Assembly (NCBI GenBank): GCA_028872975.1
Contig: JAGWNV010000001.1
Location: forward strand, 1 to 45,013
Length of the DNA: 45,013 nucleotides
From: Acidobacteriota bacterium
Lineage (GTDB): Bacteria > Actinomycetota > Acidimicrobiia > Acidimicrobiales > UBA8190
Direction: 5' to 3'
A model generated the notes under the pieces. The model saw only the letters and a list, made by a program, of their open reading frames with translations. It ran no database searches and was not told the origin of the DNA. Of this stretch, positions 34,986 through 42,440 are shown piece by piece. Made by a program: the position numbers and the translations under genes. Every line of letters starts with the position of its first letter. The first letter of the stretch is position 1.

Positions 34986-35366
34986 ATGACGGCCGAGCAC
35001 CGGCCTCCCAGGCCGGACCGGGAGGCCGGCCGGCGGCGGATGCAGGAGGTCTACAACTTCGAGGTCGACCCCGACGCCGTCGAGGGCGACTTCGTCGCCT
35101 ACACCGTCGACCACCTCTTCGGCGACGTCTGGTGCCGGCCCGACCTCGACCTGCGCCAGCGACGCCTCCTCACCATCGGGGTGCTGGCCGCCCTGGGACG
35201 GACGGAGCTGCTCGACGTGCAGTTCCAGAGCGCCCTCGACAACGGCGAGCTCACCGAGGCCCAGGCGCGCGAGGTGGTGGTCCACCTCGCCCACTACGTG
35301 GGATGGCCCCTGGCCACGGGCGTCAGCGAGTCGGCCGAGCGCATCATCGCCCGCCGCCGCCGCTGA
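34986..35366 (+). CDS. Carboxymuconolactone decarboxylase (CMD/AhpD-like) family protein
   Basis: MTAEHRPP...VDHLFGDVWCRPDLDLRQRRLLTIGVLAALGR...EVVVHLAHYVGWP. It is preceded by two ATGA-linked mini-ORFs (see findings). Confidence 0.75.
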   Translation: MTAEHRPPRPDREAGRRRMQEVYNFEVDPDAVEGDFVAYTVDHLFGDVWCRPDLDLRQRRLLTIGVLAALGRTELLDVQFQSALDNGELTEAQAREVVVHLAHYVGWPLATGVSESAERIIARRRR

Positions 35367-35370
35367 CCTA

Positions 35371-35421
35371 TTGACAACCGTCGATCGGTCGACCCATACT
35401 CCCATCGACGGTCATCGATGG
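35371..35421 (+). promoter_or_regulatory. Candidate promoter and operator of the arsenic operon
   Basis: TTGACA (35371-35376), then 18 nt, then CATACT (35395-35400). An inverted repeat CCATCGA-N6-TCGATGG lies at 35402-35421, directly before the GGGAGGAGG Shine-Dalgarno sequence. Confidence 0.4.
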
Positions 35422-35433
35422 GAGGAGGCCCTG

Positions 35434-35823
35434 ATGCCCCGTGTCCAGCTCGCCCTCAACGTCCCCGACGTCACAGCCGCCGTCGAGTTCTATTCGAAGC
35501 TCTTCGGCGCCCCACCGGCGAAGGTCCGCCCCGGCTACGCCAACTTCGCCCTCGAGGACCCGCCGCTCAAGCTGGTGCTGATCGAGGGCGCCGCCACGCC
35601 GGGGTCGATCAACCACCTCGGGGTGGAGCTCGACGCCCCCGAGGACGTGGTGGCGGCCCGGCGGCGCCTCGAGGGCGTGGGGATCGCCACCACCGACGAG
35701 CAGTCCGTCGACTGCTGCTACGCCCTGCAGGACAAGGCGTGGGCGCACGGTCCCGACGGCACGGCGTGGGAGCTCTACACGGTCCTCGCCGACACCGAGA
35801 CCACGCCCGCCTGCTGCGGGTGA
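35434..35823 (+). CDS. ArsI/CadI-type VOC (glyoxalase-fold) metalloenzyme
   Basis: MPRVQLALNVPDVTAAVEFYSKLFG...INHLGVEL...SVDCCYALQDKAW (vicinal Cys 94/95)...WELY...TPACCG. The start is taken at ATG 35434 because of the strong Shine-Dalgarno sequence. Confidence 0.8.
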   Translation: MPRVQLALNVPDVTAAVEFYSKLFGAPPAKVRPGYANFALEDPPLKLVLIEGAATPGSINHLGVELDAPEDVVAARRRLEGVGIATTDEQSVDCCYALQDKAWAHGPDGTAWELYTVLADTETTPACCG

Positions 35824-36548
35824 CCGCCGGGCCCGACCAGCTGGCCCGCCGGGCCCTGGCCGAATTCCTCGGCACCGGGCTCCTCGTGGCCGGCGTGGTG
35901 GGATCGGGCATCGCCGCGGCGCGCCTGTCCCCCGGCGACGTCGGCCTCGAGCTCCTCGAGAACGCGCTGGCCACCGCCGCGGTGCTGGCGGCGGTCATCG
36001 TGGCGGTGGGGCCGGTGTCCGGCGCCCACCTGAACCCCCTCGTCACCCTCGCCGACCGGTGCTTCGGCGGCATCGGGACCTCGGCGGCGGCCGCCTACGT
36101 CGGCGCCCAGCTCGCCGGCGGCGCCCTCGGGGCAGTGGTCGCCAACGCCATGTTCTCGAGGCCCGCCTTCGAGCTCTCCACCAAGGCCCGCACCGGCGGC
36201 GGGCTCGCCCTGGCCGAGGCGGTGGCCACCTTCGGGCTGCTCCTCGTGGTGTTCGGACTGAGCCGCACCGGCCGATCCTCGGCCGCCCCCTTCGCCGTCG
36301 GGGCCTACATCGGCGGCGCCTACTTCTTCACGTCGTCCACCAGTTTCGCCAACCCGGCGGTGGCGGTGGCCCGGATGCTCACCGACACCTTCTCCGGGAT
36401 CCGCCCCTCGTCGGTGCCGGCCTTCGTGGGCGCAGAGGTTGCCGGCGCCGCCGTGGCCGTGGCCGCCGTGGCCGTGCTCTATCCCCGGGCCCGCGCCGGG
36501 GCCGAGCGCGTGGTGGTCCCCCGGGTGGAGGAGGCCGGCCGTGGCTGA
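35820..36548 (+). CDS. Aquaporin / MIP family channel (AqpS-like, arsenite context)
   Basis: It has NPL and NPA boxes (SGAHLNPLVTLAD and SFANPAVAVAR) and a GTGA overlap with the preceding gene. Confidence 0.85.
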   Translation: MTAGPDQLARRALAEFLGTGLLVAGVVGSGIAAARLSPGDVGLELLENALATAAVLAAVIVAVGPVSGAHLNPLVTLADRCFGGIGTSAAAAYVGAQLAGGALGAVVANAMFSRPAFELSTKARTGGGLALAEAVATFGLLLVVFGLSRTGRSSAAPFAVGAYIGGAYFFTSSTSFANPAVAVARMLTDTFSGIRPSSVPAFVGAEVAGAAVAVAAVAVLYPRARAGAERVVVPRVEEAGRG

Positions 36549-36948
36549 GCGACCCGTCGTCCTCTTCGTCTGCGTCCACAACGCCGGGCGCTCCCAGATG
36601 GCCGCCGCCCTGCTCGAAGAACGCGCCGGCGACGACGTCGAGGTCCGCTCGGCGGGCAGCGCGCCGGGCACCGAGGTGCACCCGCTCGTGGTGGCGGCCA
36701 TGGCCGAGATCGGGATCGACCTCTCGGCGCGCCGGCCCAAGGCCCTCACCGACGACCTGGCCCGGGAAGCCGACGTGGTGGTGACGATGGGCTGCGGGGA
36801 CGCCTGTCCCGTCTACCCCGGCACCCGTCGCCTCGACTGGGCGCTCGAGGACCCGAGTGGGAAGGACCTCGACGGTGTGCGGGCGATCCGCGACGAGATC
36901 GGCCGGCGCGTGGCGGCGCTCGTGGGCGAGCTCACGGGCGGCCGCTGA
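36541..36948 (+). CDS. arsC: Arsenate reductase, LMW-PTP type
   Basis: VVLFVCVHNAGRSQMA (CX5R P-loop) and TMGCGDACP. The GTG start overlaps the aquaporin 3' end by 8 nt. Confidence 0.85.
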   Translation: MAERPVVLFVCVHNAGRSQMAAALLEERAGDDVEVRSAGSAPGTEVHPLVVAAMAEIGIDLSARRPKALTDDLAREADVVVTMGCGDACPVYPGTRRLDWALEDPSGKDLDGVRAIRDEIGRRVAALVGELTGGR

Positions 36949-36954
36949 GGGCTC

Positions 36955-38040
36955 TCAGCCTCCGGCGGGGCGCCCGTTGCCGACCAGGCCGGTCCAGGCC
37001 CCTGCCCCGTCGTCGTCGCGGCCCCAACGGGTGCTCCGCCGGTTCGCGCCCACCACGTCACGGAGCACGAGCCGGAGCCGGTCGCGCTCGGCCGGGTCGA
37101 ACAGGGGCGAGAGGCACTCGTAGACCTCGCCGGCCGCCCTCTCGTCGAGGGGATGGAGCTGGCGGAGGAAGAAGGCGTAGAAGGTCTCGAACAGCAACCT
37201 CGAGCGGGTGGTGTCGCCGTCCTCGGCGCGACGCCGGGCGTAGGTGGCGGCGTCGATGAAGACCGCCGCGCCGAGGTCGACGTGGTCGCGCAGGACGAGG
37301 AGCTCGGTGCCGATCCCGCCGCGTCCCCCCATGAGCGACTCCATGAGCTCCTGGCTGGGAGGCTCGACCTCGACGAAGGCGAACCGGCGCATGAGGGCGA
37401 AGGACATCCGGTAGAGCGTCTCGCGGTCGAGCTCGTTCATCGTGCCGATGATCCGCCACCGGGTGGGCACCTGGATGGCCTCGGTGTGCGGAGGCGGGTC
37501 CACACCCGAAGGCACGAGCGAGAGATACGACGAGTGGCCGACCCGCTTGAAGGGAAGGGTCACGGGCTGGTTGGCGAAGATCGTGAAGAGGGGGCCGAAC
37601 GCCTTGTCGAAGTCGGCCCGGTTGAGCTCGTCCACGATGAGCCACCGGCCCCGCTGGATGGCCTCGAGGATGAGCCCGTCGCGGAAGACGGGTCCCTCGG
37701 GGGTGTCGTAGTACCGGCCCACGGTCTGGCTGATGTCCCAGTCGGTGCTGGCGGTGGCCGCCACGTAGCCGTTGCACCGGTAGGCCCGCTTGGCCAGGTC
37801 GGCGGCGAGGAAGGCCAGGGAGGTCTTGCCCGACCCGGGAACGCCGGTGAGCATCACGTGCTTGCCCGAGTCGAGCGCCGCCACCACGGCGGCGAGGACG
37901 TGGCGCGGGAAGACGAGGCCGCGCTCGATGGCGAGCGCTTCGAGCTCGTCGGTGAGGAACTCTGCCGTCGGACCCCTCCTCGACTCATGGCGGCCGGCAC
38001 GAGGGCCGCCCACCGGGTGGAACGTGATTCGCGTCTGCAT
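36955..38040 (-). CDS. AAA_5 / McrB-like AAA+ NTPase (orphan)
   Basis: The start is taken at MQTRITFH. Motifs are Walker A MLTGVPGSGKT, Walker B WLIVDELNRA, IIGTMNELDRE (McrB-like GTMN signature) and MRRFAFVEV. Confidence 0.75.
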   Translation of the reverse strand: MQTRITFHPVGGPRAGRHESRRGPTAEFLTDELEALAIERGLVFPRHVLAAVVAALDSGKHVMLTGVPGSGKTSLAFLAADLAKRAYRCNGYVAATASTDWDISQTVGRYYDTPEGPVFRDGLILEAIQRGRWLIVDELNRADFDKAFGPLFTIFANQPVTLPFKRVGHSSYLSLVPSGVDPPPHTEAIQVPTRWRIIGTMNELDRETLYRMSFALMRRFAFVEVEPPSQELMESLMGGRGGIGTELLVLRDHVDLGAAVFIDAATYARRRAEDGDTTRSRLLFETFYAFFLRQLHPLDERAAGEVYECLSPLFDPAERDRLRLVLRDVVGANRRSTRWGRDDDGAGAWTGLVGNGRPAGG

Positions 38041-38111
38041 GCATCGTCGGCCACGCGTGAAGGCACCGGTAGGTCCGAACGGCCCGAAACCGGCCCAGTC
38101 TCCCGGTAGGG

Positions 38112-38822
38112 TTGGCTCCCGTGAACGGCGCGGTGTTCCTCGGCCTCGCACCCTGGTTGGTGATGGTCCTCGCCGTCCGGAACACCGGGGTCGGTGCCGC
38201 CGTCGGCGGCCTCTTCGCCGCCGTCACCGCCTGCCTGGCCGTGCTCCACGCCCACCGCCGGCGCGCCTCGGCGCTGTTCGAGACGTTGTCACTGGCAATC
38301 TTCGTCGCCATCAGTCTGGGGGCGTGGCTGGCCCCGGAGTGGACGACACCGGGCCTCAACGCCTACGCCCGGGCCATCACGGCGGGGGCCATGGCCGTCG
38401 TCGCCCTCGTGTCCCTCGCCTTCCGGCCCCTCACCGTCCAGTACACCCGGGAGCTCGTGCCCGCTCCGGTGCTGCGGACGAGGGCGTTCGAGCGGGCCAG
38501 CCGGGTCGACACCGCCCTGTGGGCGGCGACCGCCCTGGCCATCACCGGCTGCTTCCTCGCCGGCGCCGGGCTGCGGAGCCATCTCGACCAGACGGCGTTC
38601 AACTGGCTCCTCCCCCTGGGCCTGAGCGTGGGCTGCGTCCGGCTGCTGGCCCGGCGGTGGTCGGCCCTCGAGACCCTCGAGGACACCACCTCGATGCTCG
38701 TGGCCGCCCTCGACGTGCCCCGGACCGGGCCGGGGGGACAGTCGGGGCCCCGCCCTCGGCGCGCCCGGCCGGCACCCCGCCTCCGCCTCGTCCCCGGCGA
38801 CCGAGCCGAACGCCGGGCCTGA
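38112..38822 (+). CDS. Hypothetical integral membrane protein (about 5-6 TM helices with a basic Pro/Arg-rich tail)
   Basis: Third-position GC is very high throughout. The hydrophobic helices include AVFLGLAPWLVMVLAV, AAVGGLFAAVTACLAVL and LSLAIFVAISLGAWL. No family was recognised. The start is TTG 38112 or GTG 38121. Confidence 0.7.
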   Translation: MAPVNGAVFLGLAPWLVMVLAVRNTGVGAAVGGLFAAVTACLAVLHAHRRRASALFETLSLAIFVAISLGAWLAPEWTTPGLNAYARAITAGAMAVVALVSLAFRPLTVQYTRELVPAPVLRTRAFERASRVDTALWAATALAITGCFLAGAGLRSHLDQTAFNWLLPLGLSVGCVRLLARRWSALETLEDTTSMLVAALDVPRTGPGGQSGPRPRRARPAPRLRLVPGDRAERRA

Positions 38823-38870
38823 GCGGCGCACCGCCTCACCAGGCGCGCCGGGAGACGGCGTGCTTGACCG

Positions 38871-39145
38871 CTAGGGCTGGAGCATGGTGTTGCCGATCGT
38901 CGTGTAGGCCACGAGGACGACCGGCATGAGGGCGGCGAAGCCGATGACGACGTCGAGCCTGCCGCGCCGCTTGAGGACGGCGGACAAAGCCACGAGCGCC
39001 GGGAATCCCCACGCCACGAGCCTGGGTTGAATCCGAGCTGATTGCTCACGAAGAGCAGGGCGAGCAGTCCGGCGCAGTACAGGTTCACGAAGGAGGGGAG
39101 CCTGGCGCGCCAGAGGGCGTAGGCGGCAGTCAGCACGGCCGCCAC
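38871..39145 (-). pseudogene. Disrupted small membrane-protein gene (at least one frameshift near 39020-39030)
   Basis: One frame gives ...GPGWLEWIG(V)AAVLTAAYALWRARLPSFVNLYCAGLLALLFVSNQLGFNP. Another frame then continues RLVAWGFPALVALSAVLKRRGRLDVVIGFAALMPVVLVAYTTIGNTMLQP. A third frame has coding-like GC3 between 39180 and 39281. Confidence 0.35.
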
Positions 39146-39281
39146 CCCGATCCATTCGAGCCAGCCCGGCCCGGCGTAGTCGGCCGCCGACGGGTCCGGC
39201 CCATGGGAGCGAGGGGGAGGTGCCGTCGAAGGTGGTCTCCCCCGACCCGTCGGGGGAGCCTCCGTCAGGGGCGGGACGCCC

Positions 39282-40220
39282 TCAGGCGTCGCGGTGGAGG
39301 GTCCAGCGGAAGGCGAAGACGACGAGGAGCGCGGCCAGGATCACGAAGATGCCGGCCTCGATGCCCTGGAACGCCCAGAACCGGACGGCCGGCTGGTACG
39401 TCACGGTCATCCGGTACCCGTGGTGGGCGAGACAGGAGCCGATGAGGCCCTTGCTGGCGAACCCCGTCGTCGTACAGACGGGCGTGACCGAGAAGAGGTT
39501 GCCCGTGGTGGCACCGCCGGGGCCGACCAGGGACTGGGACAGGAGCCACGATCCGGGCGGCCCGAGGCCCGAGGACGCCAGCGACGTCGTGGCCCGCACC
39601 GGCGTGAGGAAGTGGGGGCGGAGGTAGACGGCGATGGGGACCCGGACGGCGAGGAAGGTGGCAATGGTGACGGCCAGCGCCGGGAGCACGCGCCGCGCCA
39701 CCGAGCCGATGGCGATCCCGAGGGCGACGGCGAACAGGGCGTAGGCCACGGGCACGATCCCTTGGATGTCGAACGCCGCGAACCGGGAGTCGAGGGCGTT
39801 CTCGGGGTAGCGCCACCAGCTCACGAGCGCCGCCATCGCCCCGCCCCACAGCGCCGCCGCCGCCAGCGCCCAGCCGACGGTGGAGGTGAACCACCGACGC
39901 CTCGGCACGCTCTGGGTCCACACCAGGTTGTGGGTGCCGTCCTCGAGCTCCTTGGCCAGGAGCGGGGCACCCCAGAACAGGCCGAACAGCAGTGGGACCA
40001 CCACGGTGAGGTTGACCAGGTCGATGATCATCCCGTCGCCCCGGAAGAGCTGGCTGCCGAGATCGGCGCAGCTCTGGCTGGCCCGGCAGTCGGCGAGGGC
40101 CCGGTCGTAGTCGTGGGCCATGACCGACCCGGTGACGAGGAGGATCACGGCCAGGACGGCCAGGGCGAGGGCGGCGAAGCGCACCTGGTTGCGGTGCAGG
40201 CGCCAGACGAGGAGGTTCAT
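39282..40220 (-). CDS. ABC-2 type transporter permease
   Basis: Internal ATG giving MNLLVWRLHRNQVRFAALALAVLAVILLV..., about 6 TM helices, and an ATGA overlap with the ATPase gene. Confidence 0.75.
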   Translation of the reverse strand: MNLLVWRLHRNQVRFAALALAVLAVILLVTGSVMAHDYDRALADCRASQSCADLGSQLFRGDGMIIDLVNLTVVVPLLFGLFWGAPLLAKELEDGTHNLVWTQSVPRRRWFTSTVGWALAAAALWGGAMAALVSWWRYPENALDSRFAAFDIQGIVPVAYALFAVALGIAIGSVARRVLPALAVTIATFLAVRVPIAVYLRPHFLTPVRATTSLASSGLGPPGSWLLSQSLVGPGGATTGNLFSVTPVCTTTGFASKGLIGSCLAHHGYRMTVTYQPAVRFWAFQGIEAGIFVILAALLVVFAFRWTLHRDA

Positions 40221-41146
40221 GCCGTGGCCCCCAGTCCGACGGTCTGCTGCTCGACCCCGTCGGCGTCGCGGCCCATGTAGGCCAGGATGACGTCCTCGAG
40301 GCCGACCTCGCTCACCTGCCAGGAGGGATCGGCGATGGGACCGTCGGTCCGCACGAGCACCCGGGACTGGCGGGCGGTCTGGGTCACCGAGACGGCGTCC
40401 ATGGCCCGCTCGATCTCGGCCGCCGGCCGCCTGGGCCCGACCAGGAACCGATGGGTGTCGAGGATCTCCTCGATGTCGGCGCAGAGCTGGACGCGTGAGG
40501 CCGAGAGGAGGATCACGAAGTCGCAGACCCGCTCGAGGTCGTGGACGAGGTGGGAGGAGAGCACCACCGACACCTCGTCCTCCGCCACCGCCCCCGCCAG
40601 CGCGGCCAGGAATTCCCGCCGGGCGAGCGGATCGAGGGCGGCGACGGGCTCGTCGAGGAGCAGCACGGCCGGGCGCTTGGCCAGGGCCAGGCCCAGGGCC
40701 ACCTGGGCGCGCTGGCCACCGGAAAGGGTGGACACGGGGCGGTCGGTCGGCACCCGCAGGGCCTCGAGACGGGCGATCGCCGCCTCGCCCTCCCACCGCC
40801 GGTTGAGCCCGGCGCCGACCTCGACGTGCTGGCGCGCCGTCATCCGGCGGTAGAGGGGGACGTCCTGGGCCAGGTACCCGATGGTGGACAGGAACTCCTC
40901 GGACTGCTCGGGCCGTCGCCCGAGGATCCGGGCCTCACCCGTGGTCGGCCTGCTCAAGCCGGCGAGCATCCGCAACAGGGTCGTCTTGCCGGCGCCGTTG
41001 GGCCCGACGAGGGCCACCACCCGGCCTCGGGGCACCCGGACCGAGCAGTCCTGGAGCGCCCAGAGCTTCCCGAACCGCTTGCCGAGCCCGGCCGTCTCGA
41101 CGGCGGACGAAGGCGGGCTCGGGGCCAGGGAGCCGAGGCGGGTCAT
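40217..41146 (-). CDS. ABC transporter ATP-binding protein
   Basis: GPNGAGKTTLL (Walker A), LSGGQRAQVAL (signature) and LLLDEPVAALD (Walker B). Confidence 0.9.
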   Translation of the reverse strand: MTRLGSLAPSPPSSAVETAGLGKRFGKLWALQDCSVRVPRGRVVALVGPNGAGKTTLLRMLAGLSRPTTGEARILGRRPEQSEEFLSTIGYLAQDVPLYRRMTARQHVEVGAGLNRRWEGEAAIARLEALRVPTDRPVSTLSGGQRAQVALGLALAKRPAVLLLDEPVAALDPLARREFLAALAGAVAEDEVSVVLSSHLVHDLERVCDFVILLSASRVQLCADIEEILDTHRFLVGPRRPAAEIERAMDAVSVTQTARQSRVLVRTDGPIADPSWQVSEVGLEDVILAYMGRDADGVEQQTVGLGATA

Positions 41147-41559
41147 GCCGACCTGGCCGGCGTCGCGGCCCGGAGGATCGCTCGCAGGAGGGCCTCGATG
41201 GACTCGTCGTCGAGGCCCTCGCGCCGGGCCGTCTCCACCCAGCGCTCGAGGCTCCGGGCCAGCCTGGCCTGGGTGCTCGGCGGCGGCCCGCTCGGCCTCC
41301 GGGAGACGAAGGTGCCCACCCCCTGGCGGCCTTCCACCAGTCCCTCGTGCTCGAGCTCCCGGTAGGCCTTCAAGACGGTGTTGGGGTTGACGGCCACCTC
41401 GGTGACGACCTCCTTCACCGTGGGGAGCTTGTCGCCCACCTGGAGGACCCCCATCCGGATGGCTTGGCGGACCTGCTGGACGAGCTGGAGGTAGGCGGGC
41501 ACGCCCGAGTCGGGGACGAGCTGGAAGCTCATCGTCTGCGGGAGTACTTCTCTACTCAC
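41143..41559 (-). CDS. GntR family (YtrA-like) transcriptional regulator
   Basis: GDKLPTVKEVVTEVAVNPNTVLKAYRELEHEGLVEGRQGVGTFV. It has an ATGA overlap with the ATPase gene. The start is GTG 41559 (leaderless fit) or ATG 41532. Confidence 0.85.
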   Translation of the reverse strand: MSREVLPQTMSFQLVPDSGVPAYLQLVQQVRQAIRMGVLQVGDKLPTVKEVVTEVAVNPNTVLKAYRELEHEGLVEGRQGVGTFVSRRPSGPPPSTQARLARSLERWVETARREGLDDESIEALLRAILRAATPARSA

Positions 41560-41566
41560 CTAGGTA

Positions 41567-41594
41567 ACTATACTAGGGCTGAAGCGGGAGTCAA
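41567..41594 (-). promoter_or_regulatory. Near-consensus promoter that predicts a leaderless gntR mRNA
   Basis: The minus strand reads TTGACT (41594..41589), then 16 nt, then TATAGT (41572..41567), then 7 nt, then GTG (41559). An imperfect inverted repeat CTAGGTA-ACTA-TACTAG overlaps the -10 box. Confidence 0.5.
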
Positions 41595-41712
41595 TCCCCC
41601 CGGGGGGGCACACACGCTCCGGTCGGCGATCGGGGCCAGACCCGCAGGGCGATGCCGTGCTCGGGCGCGCCCGTCTCGGCGGGCCGGGTGCCGGCACGCT
41701 CTGATCCGCCTC

Positions 41713-42372
41713 TCAGGCGTCGGAGACGAGGAGCACCTCGACGAGTGTCCGGCGGATCCACGCTGCGTAGTGGGTGGCGTCCCACCCTCGGATGGAACGC
41801 AGGAGGAGGAAGACGTCGACGCTGGCGATGGCCCAGGCGGTGTCGGTGGCCTCCTCGTGTGACTGTCGGAGCGCGTCCGGCGGGAGCATGGCGATCATGC
41901 CGGCGAACGTCTGGTGACGTCGATGATGGGCGGCCACGAGGTTGGCGGCCGCCTTGGCGTCGACGGCGGCCGCCTCTCGGTATGCCACCCACACCGGGGC
42001 GAGGCGCTCCATGGTGGCAACGATCAGATCGGCGGCCATCTCCACCTGGCGGACGCGGTTCGACTCTTCGGCGATGGCGGTGTAGCTCGGCCGATCGAGG
42101 AGCATGACGTCCCGGTCGTCGCCCGCCACGGCCAGGTCCGTCACCAGGTGCAGCAGCTCCGCCTTGCTCCGCCCCGCGCTGTAGACCGACTGGAGGGCGA
42201 CGCCGGCCTCCTGGGCGATCTCCGCCATGGTCGTGGCGACGTACCCCTTGGTGAGAAAGAGCGTCCGAGCGGCCTCCACCACCCGCGAACGGGTCGCCCG
42301 ACGCTCCTCCTCGGCGCGCGCCCGGCGGCGCCGGGCGTCGTAGGGCCGCTTGACCGTCGGAGGGTTCGCCAT
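41713..42372 (-). CDS. TetR/AcrR family transcriptional regulator
   Basis: The HTH region reads RVVEAARTLFLTKGYVATTMAEIAQEAGVALQSVYSAGRSKAELL. Confidence 0.88.
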   Translation of the reverse strand: MANPPTVKRPYDARRRRARAEEERRATRSRVVEAARTLFLTKGYVATTMAEIAQEAGVALQSVYSAGRSKAELLHLVTDLAVAGDDRDVMLLDRPSYTAIAEESNRVRQVEMAADLIVATMERLAPVWVAYREAAAVDAKAAANLVAAHHRRHQTFAGMIAMLPPDALRQSHEEATDTAWAIASVDVFLLLRSIRGWDATHYAAWIRRTLVEVLLVSDA

Positions 42373-42377
42373 CGCCC

Positions 42378-42407
42378 TTGACTTTAGAGCACTCTTCTGT
42401 GCAGAAT
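42378..42407 (+). promoter_or_regulatory. Candidate promoter with an overlapping TetR-type operator
   Basis: TTGACT (42378-42383), then 18 nt, then CAGAAT (42402-42407). The inverted repeat TTCTG-TG-CAGAA at 42395-42406 overlaps the -10 box. GAGGAGG lies before ATG 42441. Confidence 0.35.
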
Positions 42408-42440
42408 CATCCTCTACGCTGATATCGAGGAGGCAGGGCC

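Noticed and set aside
41596-41608. The C6G7 homopolymer palindrome as a terminator for the TetR gene
   Set aside because: It cannot form a hairpin with a viable loop and has no flanking U-tract. Homopolymer runs are also prone to assembly error.
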